Of a stretch of 64,000 bases of DNA, positions 1-15,613 are shown one piece after another. This DNA comes from Eledone cirrhosa. Taxonomy: Eukaryota. The translations under genes and the position numbers were made by a program. The number at the start of each line of letters is the position of its first letter. Position 1 is the first letter of the stretch. The stretch is from positions 30,008,001 to 30,072,000 of the forward strand of contig OZ024746.1 of the NCBI GenBank assembly GCA_964016885.1. Direction: 5' to 3'. The notes beneath the pieces are model-generated. The model ran no database searches and was not told the origin of the DNA. It saw nothing but the letters and a program-made list of their open reading frames with translations.

Positions 1-130
1 ACCGAACATTCACTATAATGCTCGTTTGTTTGAATCCATACGTACATATATATATGTGTGCATGTATGTATATATATATACATACTACTGTACGTCTGTA
101 TACATATATGTATGTACGTGTACATACTTA
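1..130 (+). mobile_element. 3' end of another copy of the retrozyme-like family (runs off window)
   Basis: CTACTGTACGTCTGTATACATATATGTATGTACG...CATACTTA is the reverse complement of 18443-18493 and joins (TA)n. Confidence 0.6.
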
Positions 131-215
131 TATATATATATAATTGTTTTGGTACAAGGCCAGCAATTATCCGAGTGCATTACTGATACAATATTTTATC
201 GATCCCATAACAAAC

Positions 216-2038
<1,823 letters not shown>

Positions 2039-2362
2039 TGTATATATATATATATATATGTATATATGCATGTGTGTATATACTGACTTTAGGCTACAAA
2101 GTGCAATCTATCATTATCCATTAAATCAATAACCATAATTGGATATCCACCTTAATATATATATATATATGCGTGTGTGTCTGCGTCCATAGCTATATGT
2201 ACGTGTGCGTGTGTCTTTGTGTGTGTGAAATGACATTTATGATTGTATATTTAAAGTGCAATGATATATTGCTAAGATGTGTCCTAAGGTCAAAGTAACT
2301 ATGACATGAACTCAATAGCGTCATTGATGTGTCATTAGTACAGTTCATTTTTTTTATATGAC

Positions 2363-2418
<56 letters not shown>

Positions 2419-3244
2419 ATGTGTGTGTGTTGCGTGTGTGTTTGTGTGTGTATGTGTATATATGTAAGTGTGTGTGGATATATATATATGTGTGTGTTTG
2501 TGCGCGTGTGTATGTGTTTGTGCGTGCGTGTTGGTATTGATATATGTGTGTGTATAGATTTCCATGTGTGTATTTGTATCTGTGAGTGTGTATGTGTGTG
2601 TGTGGGGGGGTGTATGCGTGTGTCCTAGTTCTGAACCTTGATTTCAGGATCGAATTCATTAGAATATTATTATAAATCAATATGTAATTTATTTCCGAAG
2701 ATAAATGATTTCTAATGTGTTCTTGACAGATAGACGATAAATGACCTTGATTCCCCCCTCCTCCTCTTCCTCATCCTCCACCTCCGCTTCCCCCTCGATA
2801 ACAAATGTTGCAATATAGCACTTGAACATCCCTTGAATTAGTTCACATTTACTATTAGGAGACACGTGTACACGTACACACACACATAAACACACATACT
2901 CACGCTGACACATACACCTACATACACATACACTCTCACAGACATTCCCACAGACACACACACACACCAACACACATACACAAGTACACATACATACTCA
3001 CACACAGATACATACACACACGTTTACACGCACAGAGGTATATATACATACACAAACATATAAACATACACACTCACACAACCATAAATGCATATACACA
3101 CTTACACAGACCCATACACACACGTTCACAAAGAAACAAATATACATATTTGTGCGTGTGTAACTTTGGTGTGTGTATATATGTATGTCCGTGCGTGCGT
3201 GTGTGTGTATGTATGTGTGTGTGTTTATGTGTGTGTGTGCAGGT

Positions 3245-3580
3245 ATTGACGACACAATAAAAGAGGTAAGCAGACAGGTAAAAACTAAGAGCTTAAATCA
3301 GTAAAACTAGTGAAAGGAAAGGCCCGTGGTCAATACATACGCAGAAAAATATGAACAAATTCTACGAATAAGAAGCAAAACGGGGTCTGATGTTTCAGAT
3401 TAAACCCCTCATCAGAGTGTAGTAGGAAAAAAAATAAGAAGAAATAAGAAAAATACCGAACTGAAGATCTGACAAGGTTAAATGTTTATATACAGAGGAA
3501 TGTGACGTTTCACCGAAAGAATGGGAAGTGGGAGAAAAAAAAAACAAGGTGGGTGTGAAGGGAGATACAAGCCTGATTGT
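3245..3580 (-). mobile_element. Probable pLTR fragment with degenerate minimal hammerhead (3386-3415)
   Basis: Minus strand CTGATGA-GGGGTTTAATCT-GAAA-CATC; lies between (TG)n and (CA)n; boundaries approximate. Confidence 0.45.
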
Positions 3581-3624
3581 ACACACGCACGCACACACAC
3601 ACACAGACACACGCATACACACAC

Positions 3625-3925
3625 ATGAGCGTGACCTTGTGATTAGGGAATTTGGCCCGCGACCGTAATGTCACGAGTTCGATTCCCGGCGGGGAACTGT
3701 CCTTGAGCAAGACACATTATTTCACCTTGCTCCAGTCAACTCAGCTGGTAGAAATGAGTTATACCTGTAATTCGAAGAACCAGCCTATCACATTCTGTCT
3801 CACGCAGAATCTCCCTGAGAACTATGTTATGGGTACGGCTGTTTGTGGAGTGCTTAGCTACTTGAAGGTTAATTTCACGAGCAAGCTGTTCCATTGATCG
3901 CATCTAAGGATCCAGGAACTCATCC
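3625..3925 (+). mobile_element. CORE-type tRNA-derived SINE
   Basis: B box GAGTTCGATTCC followed by CORE-like TGTCCTTGAGCAAGACAC...TTGCTCCAGTC.ACTCAGCTG. Confidence 0.7.
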
Positions 3926-4158
3926 TGCATGCCATATCAGCTTTGTAGTTTAGTTGTGTACTCCAGCATAAGTTGTTAAGGTCTTTGTTGTTGTCGGATA
4001 CCACGAAGGTTTCTTCTGAAGGAAGAGAATATGGCAACTTATCCGCATCCCTGGGGAGCAAATTGATCTATAGAAGAAAACGACATATTTGACATAATTA
4101 CTGGTATGATACACAAACATAAAGCGAACAAATAAAAACTATTCGACCAAACATTATA

Positions 4159-4350
4159 GGGCGGTGGATTGGCAGTATCAGTAGAGGGTCAGACGCCATG
4201 CTTTGCAGCAAAGAGTTACGGCCCTTTATGATCTGAGTTCAAATCCCGCCGAGGTTAACTTTGCCTTTCATCCTTACAGGGTCGATAAAATAAAGTACCA
4301 GTAATACACTGGTTAATTGCTGGCCTTGTGCCAAAAGTAGAAACAATTAT
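4159..4350 (+). mobile_element. tRNA-derived SINE (Meta-domain-like body)
   Basis: A box TGGCAGTATCAG, B box GAGTTCAAATCC, body GCCTTTCATCCTTAC.GGGTCGATAAAATAAAGTACCAG; more than 10 copies or fragments in the window. Confidence 0.85.
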
Positions 4351-4950
4351 ATAATATATATTTGTGTTCTTGAGTGGTTCAAATTCTAGCAAAGATTCTT
4401 ATGTCAACCGGATGTTTACACATCTAGCTACAGGCGTAATATCTTCTAAAAGAGAAGACAGCAATCTGTGTACCTGGACTCATTAGTGTAAAGGCTTAAA
4501 GCACTCGCCTGACATCCGAAAGATGTGGGTTTCGGTTCTTCGAAAGCACGTTAATCCACGTTTTGTCATTATCAAGGTTTATTTCAGCCGATTTTTTTCA
4601 TATATTATTTAGAGTGATCAATTAGTAATGTAGTCATTGCTACATTACTTTTGTGTTATCATTAAATAACTGAAATGAAGCATTGATTTGTGCCGTAAGC
4701 TTATTTCGATATCTACGAATATGTGTCCTAGACGCAAATTTGAAGTGTAAGTTCGTTATCTTGACGAAATGGTTTGGGAGAAATTAATGATGAAAGAGTC
4801 ATGGAAATAGTTTTATATTTTTATTAACTTTAGTTAAGAGCTGTGGTATTTAGAATGATCTCCTTAATACGTCGAACACATTATAGCTAGCTCAGTGAGT
4901 ACGAATATACATACATACATATATAAATACATATCTATATCTATATATAT

Positions 4951-5146
4951 ATAGTAACAAGTATGACCCCGACGGCAGAGCTCACCGCCGTTTTGACAGC
5001 TAGTTCTGGACAGAATTAGCCGTCGATACGGTTTGAGCTCTGCCGTCGGGGTCATACTTGTTACTATTACCCACTCTACTACCCTAAGTATTGAGTACTT
5101 TGGTGCGTTGTGGTATATCTGGTTCCTTACCACATTTCCTTCGTTA

Positions 5147-5147
<1 letters not shown>
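4951..5147 (+). mobile_element. Short hairpin-plus-80-nt-tail element, copy 1
   Basis: Hairpin 4951-5067 then TACCCACTCTACTACCCTAAGTATTGAGTAC...TTCGTTAT. Confidence 0.8.
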
Positions 5148-5189
<42 letters not shown>

Positions 5190-5350
5190 CTAAGGCGGGT
5201 AAAATTCCCGAGATCCATGGACGAGTTCTCTCCAGCGGTCTCTGTCCCTCATTATCGCTGCCATATCCTGCATCTCCAATAGACCAGTGTCTGTCCTTAG
5301 GGCATCAACATATGTTAACCTTGGTCTTCCTCTTCTAGTGTGTCCATGTC
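5190..5350 (-). mobile_element. RTE-clade LINE 3' end fragment
   Basis: Minus frame reads HGHTRRGRPRLTYVDALRTDTGL...MRDRDRWRELV, typical of an RTE ORF C-terminus. Confidence 0.7.
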
Positions 5351-5659
5351 TACCATATCTGGTAGAGAATGTTGAGAAGCCAGAGGGGATATATATATAT
5401 ATGTATATATATATATATGTATATATATAAAATCTTTTCCTGGGTCCTGTATTTTCGTTGCTCTAGTGATGCGGCTGGACTGCCGACCACTATATCTGAT
5501 TTGCTAAGCTGTCTGAACGTAATGTCATTACTCTGGGGTCTTTACTCATCTGAGTGCTCAAGCTACAGACCGATTATGCATATACGCTAGCTTGGCCGTA
5601 TTCTAAAGCTTCGTCAATGCTGTACTAAAATTTATATATATATATATATATTTATTTAT

Positions 5660-5741
<82 letters not shown>

Positions 5742-5996
5742 GCGCGCGTATAAGAAGTTGCGCCTTGATTAGACCTGTTTTTTTCACAAATAATTTATTT
5801 TCCGTTTCTATCATTGCACACTCTCCTCTATCTTTCTATGTCATCTTTTTTTCTCATTCTATTTTCTCATTCTATTTCCGAAATATTTAGACTCTTTACC
5901 TACTACTTCAAGCGTAAAACTAATATATTTCTTGATTGTACTCTGCCGTTTGCTTTGTTATACGTGTATGCCTTTTGCATAAATATATATATATAC

Positions 5997-6042
<46 letters not shown>

Positions 6043-6048
<6 letters not shown>

Positions 6049-6512
6049 GATATTAAACAAATGGAAACTATATTTATAAAACCATATTTATTTCATTATA
6101 CATATTTCAGGGATACCATATTAAAAATATGGCATGCCTTCGTCAGATAAAATACAATATATAAACAGTTTTATAAATAATTTTGACGTACCATAAATAT
6201 AAGCGACCATTAAGGTAGGAAGCTGGCTTCCTACCTTAATGGCCAGCTTCCTACCTTAATGGTCGCTTATATTTATGGTACGTCAAAATTATTTATAAAA
6301 CTGTTTATATATTGTATTTTATCTGACGAAGGCATGCCATATTTTTAATATGGTATCCCTGAAATATGTATAATGAAATAAATATGGTTTTATAAATATA
6401 GTTTCCATTTGTTTAATATCGTATATCTACTCCAAAAACTTGTCGAGTGCTTTATATCAGTTATAAAATATTTACTTGTTGTAACCCAACAATTTTAAAT
6501 AAAACTTTTGCC

Positions 6513-6517
<5 letters not shown>
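6043..6517 (+). mobile_element. Fold-back pLTR insertion (palindrome 6043-6426 plus tail) in (TA)n
   Basis: ~185-bp perfect arms; duplicated GCTTCCTACCTTAATGG at the centre; hammerhead inside. Confidence 0.85.
6323..6370 (+). ncRNA. Candidate hammerhead ribozyme
   Basis: CTGACGA-AGGCATGCCATATT-TTT-AATATGGTATCCCT-GAAA-TATGTA; 14-position stem II with one C.C mismatch; stem I weak. Confidence 0.72.
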
Positions 6518-6554
<37 letters not shown>

Positions 6555-6555
6555 C

Positions 6556-6604
<49 letters not shown>

Positions 6605-9038
6605 CACACACACATACACACATATATATATATATCTTTCCTTCTCTTCCACTCTCTCTCTGTCTTCTTCTCTCTCGTTCTATCGTCCCCTTCCTCTCCA
6701 TTTCTTTTTTCTTATCCCTTTTTCTTCCTTATGTGTGGTGCGTTGCAAAGCCTGTTATCGTGGGCTCAACATGCAAAACACATAGACTAAGCAATTTCTT
6801 GCATATTCTATGAAAACCTTTCGTAAAATATGTTTTCAGCTTTATTCACGATGATGAAGATATGCACAATCATTAAGCAGAGAGAGACTAAAGGATGAAC
6901 CAACATTCTATGGGGTTATTTTCTAATATAATCCCACATAATTATGTAATAATTATGTCTATACCATTTGAATTATAGGATGGTCCACAACCAAATTTCG
7001 TTAACTGTTTCATCATATTGAAGGAAACAAAAGCAAAGCTGGGGAATTTAAATATATAAACACCAATTGGTGAGCAATGATTTTTGCTCAGTCCAGAAAT
7101 GCCAAAGGTTAGCTGTTAGCTGACCCGGTTACCAGAGGCAGAGGGAAACTGTTGAATTCATAAGCTTCATTTCATACTAGCCCGTCTGAATCTATCCATG
7201 GTTCTGTGAAGAAGAACGTTCTCTGTGCAAGTATTTGTGTGTAAATCTAAACCTACAGTGGTAGGTTTAGATTTAAACACAAATACTTTGTTTCAAATAT
7301 CAACGGAATGTTTCAAATATCAACGGAAAATTATTTCACTAAATCCCTTAATTTTTCATCATTTAAAAAATGATTGAAATTTATACGCAGAATATTTCAT
7401 TAGTTGTATGGTAATAAAAGGTTTTATTATCGTTTTAGTCGGGAAAGAAAGTGAAGTACCAATCAACTTCAATTATACTGTCTTTGAGACCGTTGAAGAG
7501 GAGGAGAAAAAGTAATAAAATTTGCAACAAACCTTGGGTAGAATGCTTGCAAAAGTGTAGTCACCGCTAATGGCTTGGCCCCTATAAATGTAGTCACAAA
7601 AGAGTGGATGATGCTAAAAACATCCAAGAAAAGGTGGGCCCTGTTAAATGCAGCCAAGAAGTGTAGTGTTGTTAAAGTGGACAACAGTTAGAAAGAACCA
7701 CGCACATATCGTAAATTCACCAAGAACGCTATATAAATGTACGAACATTTTTCCCTTTTTACAAATTATTAGAATTTTGCCTATATACGAAGTCGATTAT
7801 GTTTCTATCGAACCAAATGGTATTTGATGCATTATCCTTGGTTGTGAGCACGCAATTCTTCTGCTACTTTCATATATCCTCACTTATTTCCTTTTTACTC
7901 AGAAATATACTACTACTAATAGCAATAATATAGCAATAATAAAAATGATAATAATGATAAAAGGCAAATAATGAAATGAAATAATACCAGTAAAGTAATA
8001 ATAACAATTTATGTTGATAATAATAACAACAATAACATCTATAGTAATAAGACTACCAATAATATCGACCTTTTATCAAACTGCAATCTAGTTGCTGCTA
8101 GCTAGATCAAGTAAGATTTAATGCAAAAACCGAATGAATTTACTTGTAGGAGAGACCTAACGTATTTTCGTGTGGTGAATACAGGCAAAATAAATGTGAG
8201 CATCATAAAGTATGATTGACTATTACAAAGAATTTATTATATCACTGTTTCAAATCTAAACGTTGCGTGATTTCTTGGAATATGTTGAGACTTTGGGCAG
8301 TGTTCAAACAATAATTGCATCATTTTCGACAGCAGTGAATATAGTTACAACAATATGGTTGCATAGAGAATTATTATACAATCCATAAATTCCCAAAACG
8401 ACAAGGCACACAGTAAATGGCATGTCACGTTGCAGGACCTTCTTAAGTTATCTAATACCCTAGTCATTCATCTACCATACCTACCCGTGATATTGAGATT
8501 TTACAATGATACAGTGATATAATAAATATATCCTATCATAAATTATTTATTTCGAATTGTACATGAAATGACACACGCAATATGAGCGATAGAAATTCCC
8601 TGGCGTAAATACGATACACATCTGAATCTTAAGGGAATTCATTAATGAAGTAATCGTTGAAAAAGTTTAATCTGAAGGATACTGCAACGACACAGACACT
8701 GTCCATCCTCTCATCCACAGATGTGCTGTCTCAAACCCCTTTGCCTTCTATTACTACTCAATGATGTCTGATCGACAAAACTTGCTGGATTCATACCTCT
8801 GCTCGTTAGATTTCTACAGTCACTAAAATATTTTGGTGATAATACGTTATGTGGTGATGCTCTGGAAGATTGGGGGAAATTCACTACAGGATTTGGCAGA
8901 GAAGACTTAGTTCAGTTGGTGTAATAACATAACATATTACCAAGAAATTATTTCAGTGAATGCACAAAAACCTGAAACGAACAATTGTACTAATTCATAT
9001 GTAAGGAAGGCTTACGCTCCTAAGCTTTTCTCTATCAG

Positions 9039-9320
9039 ATGTGCTGTCTCACGTCTGTAGCTGTTTTAATGGTCTCTGCTCCTGGGTACTCTCCATTAAT
9101 CATCACGTGCATTATGTCCAAATACTCCTCATATCTTCACTCTTGTTATGTCCTACCCAACAGGCCTTACACTTGCCACTACGCCCGCCCTTTGTTCAGC
9201 TATCTAACAGTCCGTCTTTGCTCATATCCTTCCAAAAGTGTGTGAACTTGCAACAATTTAAGCGGAACATTAACAGCATCAATTTCTCCGTTCTTGCTCG
9301 GCCTCTGTAGTCTATATATA
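9039..9320 (+). mobile_element. Degenerate CR1/Jockey-like LINE 3' fragment
   Basis: Pieces FNGLCS, HYA and NLQQFKRNINSINF resemble CR1-like ORF2 C-termini. Confidence 0.5.
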
Positions 9321-11616
9321 CTGACGGTTCTCCCATTAACAGCATCAATTTCTGCGATCTTGGTGGGCCACTGTAGTCTATACATCCTGTCACCTCCCCC
9401 ACACCTTCTCCACACCTTCAAGAAAAAATAAACGAACAAGGCCTATATGTATTTTATGTCTGTGTAACCGCGTTAAAAAGGAAAACGAAATTTTTTATTT
9501 TCGTTTTAAACAGCTAATAATGTGTGTGTGTGGGAAGACATCGGTATCGATATAACAAAAGAGAAGCTGAATAGGCAGGTGCACAGAGAACGAAAATCGA
9601 TATCGTTAGATGGAAAAAGGCTCCAGTGAACCCTGAGGATAGAGTGAAGCATAGTCTCTATATAGTTTCCTGTTTTATCGAATAGAACACTAATGTTTGG
9701 GGTTGATATTATTTCTATTCACGACTTACTGATCGAACGAAACGTTATTGATTTGCCACCCCATTTAATCACTTTCAAAGAAAGCAGTTAATAAATAATA
9801 ATAATAAAAAAACCCATACACAAACACATTTTTCCATCTTCCGAACCACTTCAATGATGCTGAAGAAGAAATAAAGAAGAAGGTGCAGTAATTAAATATA
9901 AGCATAAATGTCTCTTATAAAGAAATTAATACTAAACTATGCAGTTGCACCTGGTTTACTTTTTTATTTTTTCCGGTTCTCTCGACGAACAGTGCAAGTA
10001 ATAAAGATGCCATGCTGTAGAATTTTAAAAAAATATTCGTATAAACACACGATACGAGAAACATTAGCTGCCTTCTACTAGAAATTATTGATAGTTGTGT
10101 GGTGGTAGTTACGTCTCAGGTCAGCACTGATTGAACAGACATATGATCAAAGGTATCCAACAAACCCCTGACACATCACTATGTAGCCTATTGAGGAAGA
10201 GAGAGGGGCAGACATACAGAGACAGTGGGAGAGAGAGAGAGACAAACAGAGACAGTGGGAGAGAGAGAGATAAACAGAGACAGTGGGAGAGAAATAGAGA
10301 GAAACTGTGAGAGAGAGAGAAGAAATGGTCAAGATACTTGAATAGTACTTTATTTATATATATTACGGTTGATACTATTCATTCCAGTTGATATTGGGAC
10401 GCAGGAGATATATATCCCTTTCGGCTTCAATTGTAAAAGAAGGTGAGGAATGGTTTGCGAGGGCTTAGTCAAATGAGAGACAAATAGTGAAAGGAGAGAA
10501 ATATGCATGTATAAATGTATGTATGTATGAATGTATGTATGCTTTCATGTATGCATACCTTCTCTGTATAGAGCATAGGAAGATTATGACAGAAAATTTT
10601 GTGTGTGAAATAGTGCGTCTTATACACTGAGGAATATTCTGTAATTTATTCCACTTAGTGAACTATTTACGTTTTATATTGTTTGAAGACCTATTTCTTG
10701 GAGATTTAAATTGAGGATTGACGTAAAGATATTTGTGCGAGCGAGAATTTCCGAAGGTGTGAGAGTAATCACATTTCTCTATATTGAACTGTGAGCTCAC
10801 TTCGATTAAAATTAGAACTTAAGGTTTATACTCATTACTTTCTCTCTTTTTTTTTTCTTTCCGAATTGTTGTTGTTGCTGCTGTTGCTACGGAGTAGAGA
10901 AAATAATCATTTCAGTTGAACAGATGCCAACGAAAATCATGGAAAGATGTCACGTTTAATTAGTTAATTGAGTGTAGTATAATTAGACGATATAAAAAAA
11001 TACTCATATTGCAATTTCGCATAATTACAATACGAATTGTAATCGCCTAAATAATTATACTAAAATCATAATATTTTTTTTTAGTAATAATCATAATATT
11101 CTTCTACCGTCAAAATTCAATCCAAAATTGTAATCAAATATTTTAATTGCTCTTCCCACTATTGGATTTTCCTCAGAGAAGTCAACAGTTCCTAATATTT
11201 ATGAACCCACCAAACCATATATTCTGCTAGTAGCAACGAATGGCCAGTGGGAGTAAATGCACCTGGTCACCCCTACTGCTAGGAAATGACAGCTAGGTTT
11301 CAAATATTTCAAACTTTAACACCTTATCTCTTTATTCACTCTATTTCCAATGAAATATGTTCTATTTCAATTAATTGATGAAGGATATCGAGGAGTTTAT
11401 TAAAATTATTCATTATTTCATTACTAAGATACTAACTTAATATGGTTATAAAATTATCTATATATAAACTTAAGTTGTAATATTCTAATTTAAATAGAAT
11501 GTATTTAAAATGGTTGGATAACATCCATAAACTCGGCTAGTCTCGGTTGGAGACAGTTGCTTCTGACAGGATCCACCAGATGGCGTGCTTGAAACCTCCG
11601 CCCTACATCCTCACAC

Positions 11617-11679
11617 GAAGAAGAAGAAGAAGAAGAAGAAGAAGAAGAAGAAGAAGAAGAAGAAGAAGAAGAAGAAGAA
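11617..11679. repeat. (GAA)n microsatellite
   Basis: About 21 GAA units. Confidence 0.95.
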
Positions 11680-12375
11680 GGTACTTAAAATGTGTGGTTA
11701 TGTCCAGGTGTGTATTAAAGTGGTTACATGGGAAATTCAATAAGACAATACTAAATATACCTCTACAAGACGGGTTGGTCACGGTTAGAATACCTTTAGT
11801 TAAAGATCTATAGGATCAATATTGCTCTGGCGTTCAATAACACTAATAACAAATTAATAAATTTGCTTTAGATTGGGACTCAGTATAGGTTAATATTTGA
11901 AACGATCCAAGGTTTAAACGATTAAAGTGGTAGTGGTGATATAGGTGGAGGTATCAGTAGGTAGTGTGGGTAGTAATGATACCACTGGTGGTGGAGGAGT
12001 GGGGACAAGAAAGAAAGTGGTGGTAGTACAGGTGGTTTTGTGAACACAGCATAACCAAATAGTTAAGAAATACTCTTCACTTTCATTACGCCTCAGATTG
12101 GATCACAATGCGTGACATCTTGGGAAAAGTCACATTTGTCATATCTTCTGATTCAAAGGGCCAAGATTGTCGCACACAATGTCACACATAATCTCACTGA
12201 GAATTTAGTTAAGAGTACTCGGGTATGTATTGTAGAATGGTCAACCACTTGCAAATTAATATTCCGAGCTGGATGTGCTCTACAGCGAAAAACTATAGTA
12301 CTCATCGTCGTAACTGATGATAGACCATTCATTTGCTGGTGGACGTGGTAGGTTTAGTAACTGTGAAATTTCATG

Positions 12376-12406
12376 CAGCAGCAGCAGCGACAGCAGCAGC
12401 AGCACC

Positions 12407-12483
<77 letters not shown>

Positions 12484-12503
12484 CAGCAGCAGAGCAGCAG
12501 CAG
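12376..12503. repeat. (AGC)n/(AGT)n microsatellite
   Basis: Direct reading. Confidence 0.95.
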
Positions 12504-12825
12504 CTTTGATACAGACAAGACTAGGTTTATCTTATCTAATTAAATTTATAAATGCAGAATTCAATCATCTTCATCCATCACAATATCGATGGGAATTTTT
12601 CTGTATTCTCCATTATTTGTAAATCAATTCAATCAAGGATTCGATAAATCGAACACACATAGAAATCATATAAGTGGTAAAGTCCTACGCCGTCTCTCTG
12701 ATAAACCATGATATGCCAAAAATGTGATCAATTGTAATTATTGCCTTCGAACATATCGGAATCGAATCCGACTGGAGATTGGTGTGAAAATTGATAAAAA
12801 TAAAAGCTATCACTTGAATTACATT

Positions 12826-12916
<91 letters not shown>

Positions 12917-13009
12917 TTGTGTGTGAGTGTGTGTGTTGTGTAGTTGTTTGGTGCGTAACGTTCTGTTACTGACGGTTCACCACATCTACATATTTTAATG
13001 TATATATAT

Positions 13010-13020
13010 TTACACACACA

Positions 13021-13068
<48 letters not shown>

Positions 13069-13516
13069 TATATATACATATATACATATATATATATATA
13101 TGTGTGTGTGTCTCTGTGTGTGTGTATGTGTGTGTGTGTGTACATATATGCGAACCTATATATGTAGTCATCTACACACATTCACATTCAGACATCCACG
13201 TACAGACATACACACATACACACACACACATACACACCTATATATATATATACATATATATATATGTGTGTGTGTGTGTCTCTGTGTGTGTACGTGTGTG
13301 TGTGTGTACATATATGCGAACCTATATATGTAGTCATCTACACACATTCACATTCAGACATACACACATACACACACACACACTTATATATATATATACA
13401 TATATATATATATGTGTGTGTATCTCTGTGCGTGTATGTGTGTGTGTGTGTACATATATGCGAACCTATATATGTAGTCATCTACACACATTCACATTCA
13501 GACATCCACGTACAGA

Positions 13517-13609
<93 letters not shown>

Positions 13610-13712
13610 CTGTGTGTGTATGTGTGTGTGTGTACATATATGCGAACCTATATATGTAGTCATCTACACACATTCACATTCAGACATCCACGTACAGACA
13701 TACACACATACA
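13010..13712. repeat. Four-copy compound tandem repeat (~145-180 bp) with variable CA/TA/TG tracts
   Basis: Core TACATATATGCGAACCTATATATGTAGTCATCTACACACATTCACATTCAGACA at 13141, 13307, 13451, 13633. Confidence 0.9.
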
Positions 13713-13839
13713 TGCTTCTAGAAAAATAATTAAATGCGAGTGAAAATGTATCTGTAAGACAGTAGAGAAAGTAACTACTCTCAACGCAATTTTCCCCGGT
13801 TTTCAAAATATTTTAATTACATTTCTCATTCTCCAAACT

Positions 13840-13899
<60 letters not shown>

Positions 13900-14058
13900 A
13901 TCATGATGAAATATTCTCGAGGTAAAAACATTATTTGTTTTATTTAATTTGTCTTCGTTTGTCCTTTATATATTGTAAAGTTTTTTTTCTGAAGTACTCA
14001 TTCAATTATTACATATCTCACAGTGCTTCACATCAACTGTACTACTTTCTTCACACAC

Positions 14059-14176
<118 letters not shown>

Positions 14177-14202
14177 ATACATCTATAAATATATATATAT
14201 AT

Positions 14203-14354
14203 ACATATATTTTTATACTTGGGGAGGGTCATATTTGTGTAATATTGCCAGAATTAATAACAGAACACACTCACTGTTTGGTTGGTTTTCGCTTCTCGCT
14301 GTCTTTTATATCTGCGATCTAACTTAATCGGTCCTCAATGTTGCCATTGACTGA
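14203..14354 (-). mobile_element. Solo 5'UTR/ORF-start fragment of the array PLE family in (TA)n
   Basis: Highly similar to ~39606-39764; encodes MTLPKYKNIC. Confidence 0.9.
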
Positions 14355-14367
14355 TATATACATATAT

Positions 14368-14775
14368 CGGAGTTATCCCAGTTTCCTGAGTTGCCTTCTC
14401 CTGGATCTTGAAGAATGCCCCGACAAAGGCTAGGGGTCCTTCACTCCCAGTGGTTTAACCGCGCGATCGGGTGTCCAGTCCGACTATTTCTATGTTCCAG
14501 CGCATATACATACACATGCACCCACGTATATACACATACACATATACATACATATGTACATGTGTATATACATGCTTACACACTTTTGGATGGCCGTTGA
14601 CTCCTATGAGTTCTTCCGCCCTTTGTCAGCTTTTATTTTTGTCCTGCAGGGTGTCCAAAATCACCCTCCTCACCAAGTAAACTTGATGGAGTTGCCGGTT
14701 TAGTCGCCGACGACCCGACCATGTGACAGGTTGTACTGTGTTACATGTTACCAGTAGCACTCACGAGTGACCCAT
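14368..14775 (-). mobile_element. Probable RTE-type 5'UTR fragments
   Basis: GC-rich blocks including GTTGCCTTCTCCTGGAT, reminiscent of RTE 5'UTRs (recalled, not aligned). Confidence 0.35.
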
Positions 14776-15135
14776 ACATACATGCATGCAAGCATACATG
14801 CATACATACATATACATACAGTGTATTCATATGTACATATATATAGACATATATTTACAACCACCTTAAATAAATACACACGTATAAGTGCACACACACA
14901 CACGTACATATTCTACGTCACGCATAAACATACTAGGACAGACGAACAAAACAATAGGTGACACACCAACATCTTGATTAACTTCATTCCTGAATCTACC
15001 ATCTATTTTGCAGTGTCGTCACATTCACAATAACATACTCCTTTGATTTATACACTAACACAATGCCCGAACCAAACTACGACACACTCTTATATATATT
15101 TATTTATATATACACACACAATCACACATACACAA

Positions 15136-15166
<31 letters not shown>

Positions 15167-15418
15167 CACACACATACACATATGCTTATGCACGTGGTCA
15201 AGAATAGCTCTTTTTACAAAACGGGTTTTTTTTCCATTTCAGGTAGACTCGCCTCATCATCCACTTTTCTAAAAAAACAAATCATACACAAAAGGCCAGC
15301 ACCAACAGTTTTGCAAGAGATGTCAACATGAATGGACCTGTTATTTTTATCTAAAGACATTTTTTAACAATTCCATACAACCCGTCCCCTCAATCTATTT
15401 TATTTCTCATTCTTTCCT

Positions 15419-15447
15419 CTGATGAAGGACTAGCGTCCGAAACGTTA
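15419..15447 (+). ncRNA. Minimal PLE-type hammerhead
   Basis: CTGATGA-A-GGAC-TAGC-GTCC-GAAA-CGTTA with palindromic AACGTT stem III; stem I poor. Confidence 0.68.
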
Positions 15448-15536
15448 AAACCCTCTTTCTGCTATATCAAGCGTTAACCTTATATATCCCTTCCATATAC
15501 TGTACGGATTGTGTGGTCTATTTCTGTTTACCTTTT

Positions 15537-15588
<52 letters not shown>

Positions 15589-15613
15589 CAAAATATTAAT
15601 AAATGAAAAATAA

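Noticed and set aside
4159-4255. A/B boxes as tRNA genes
   Set aside because: They are SINE heads followed by SINE body and tail; no cloverleaf seen.
5430-5628. Possible degenerate LINE coding fragment on the minus strand
   Set aside because: Multiple stops and only vague motif resemblance; cannot be supported without a search.
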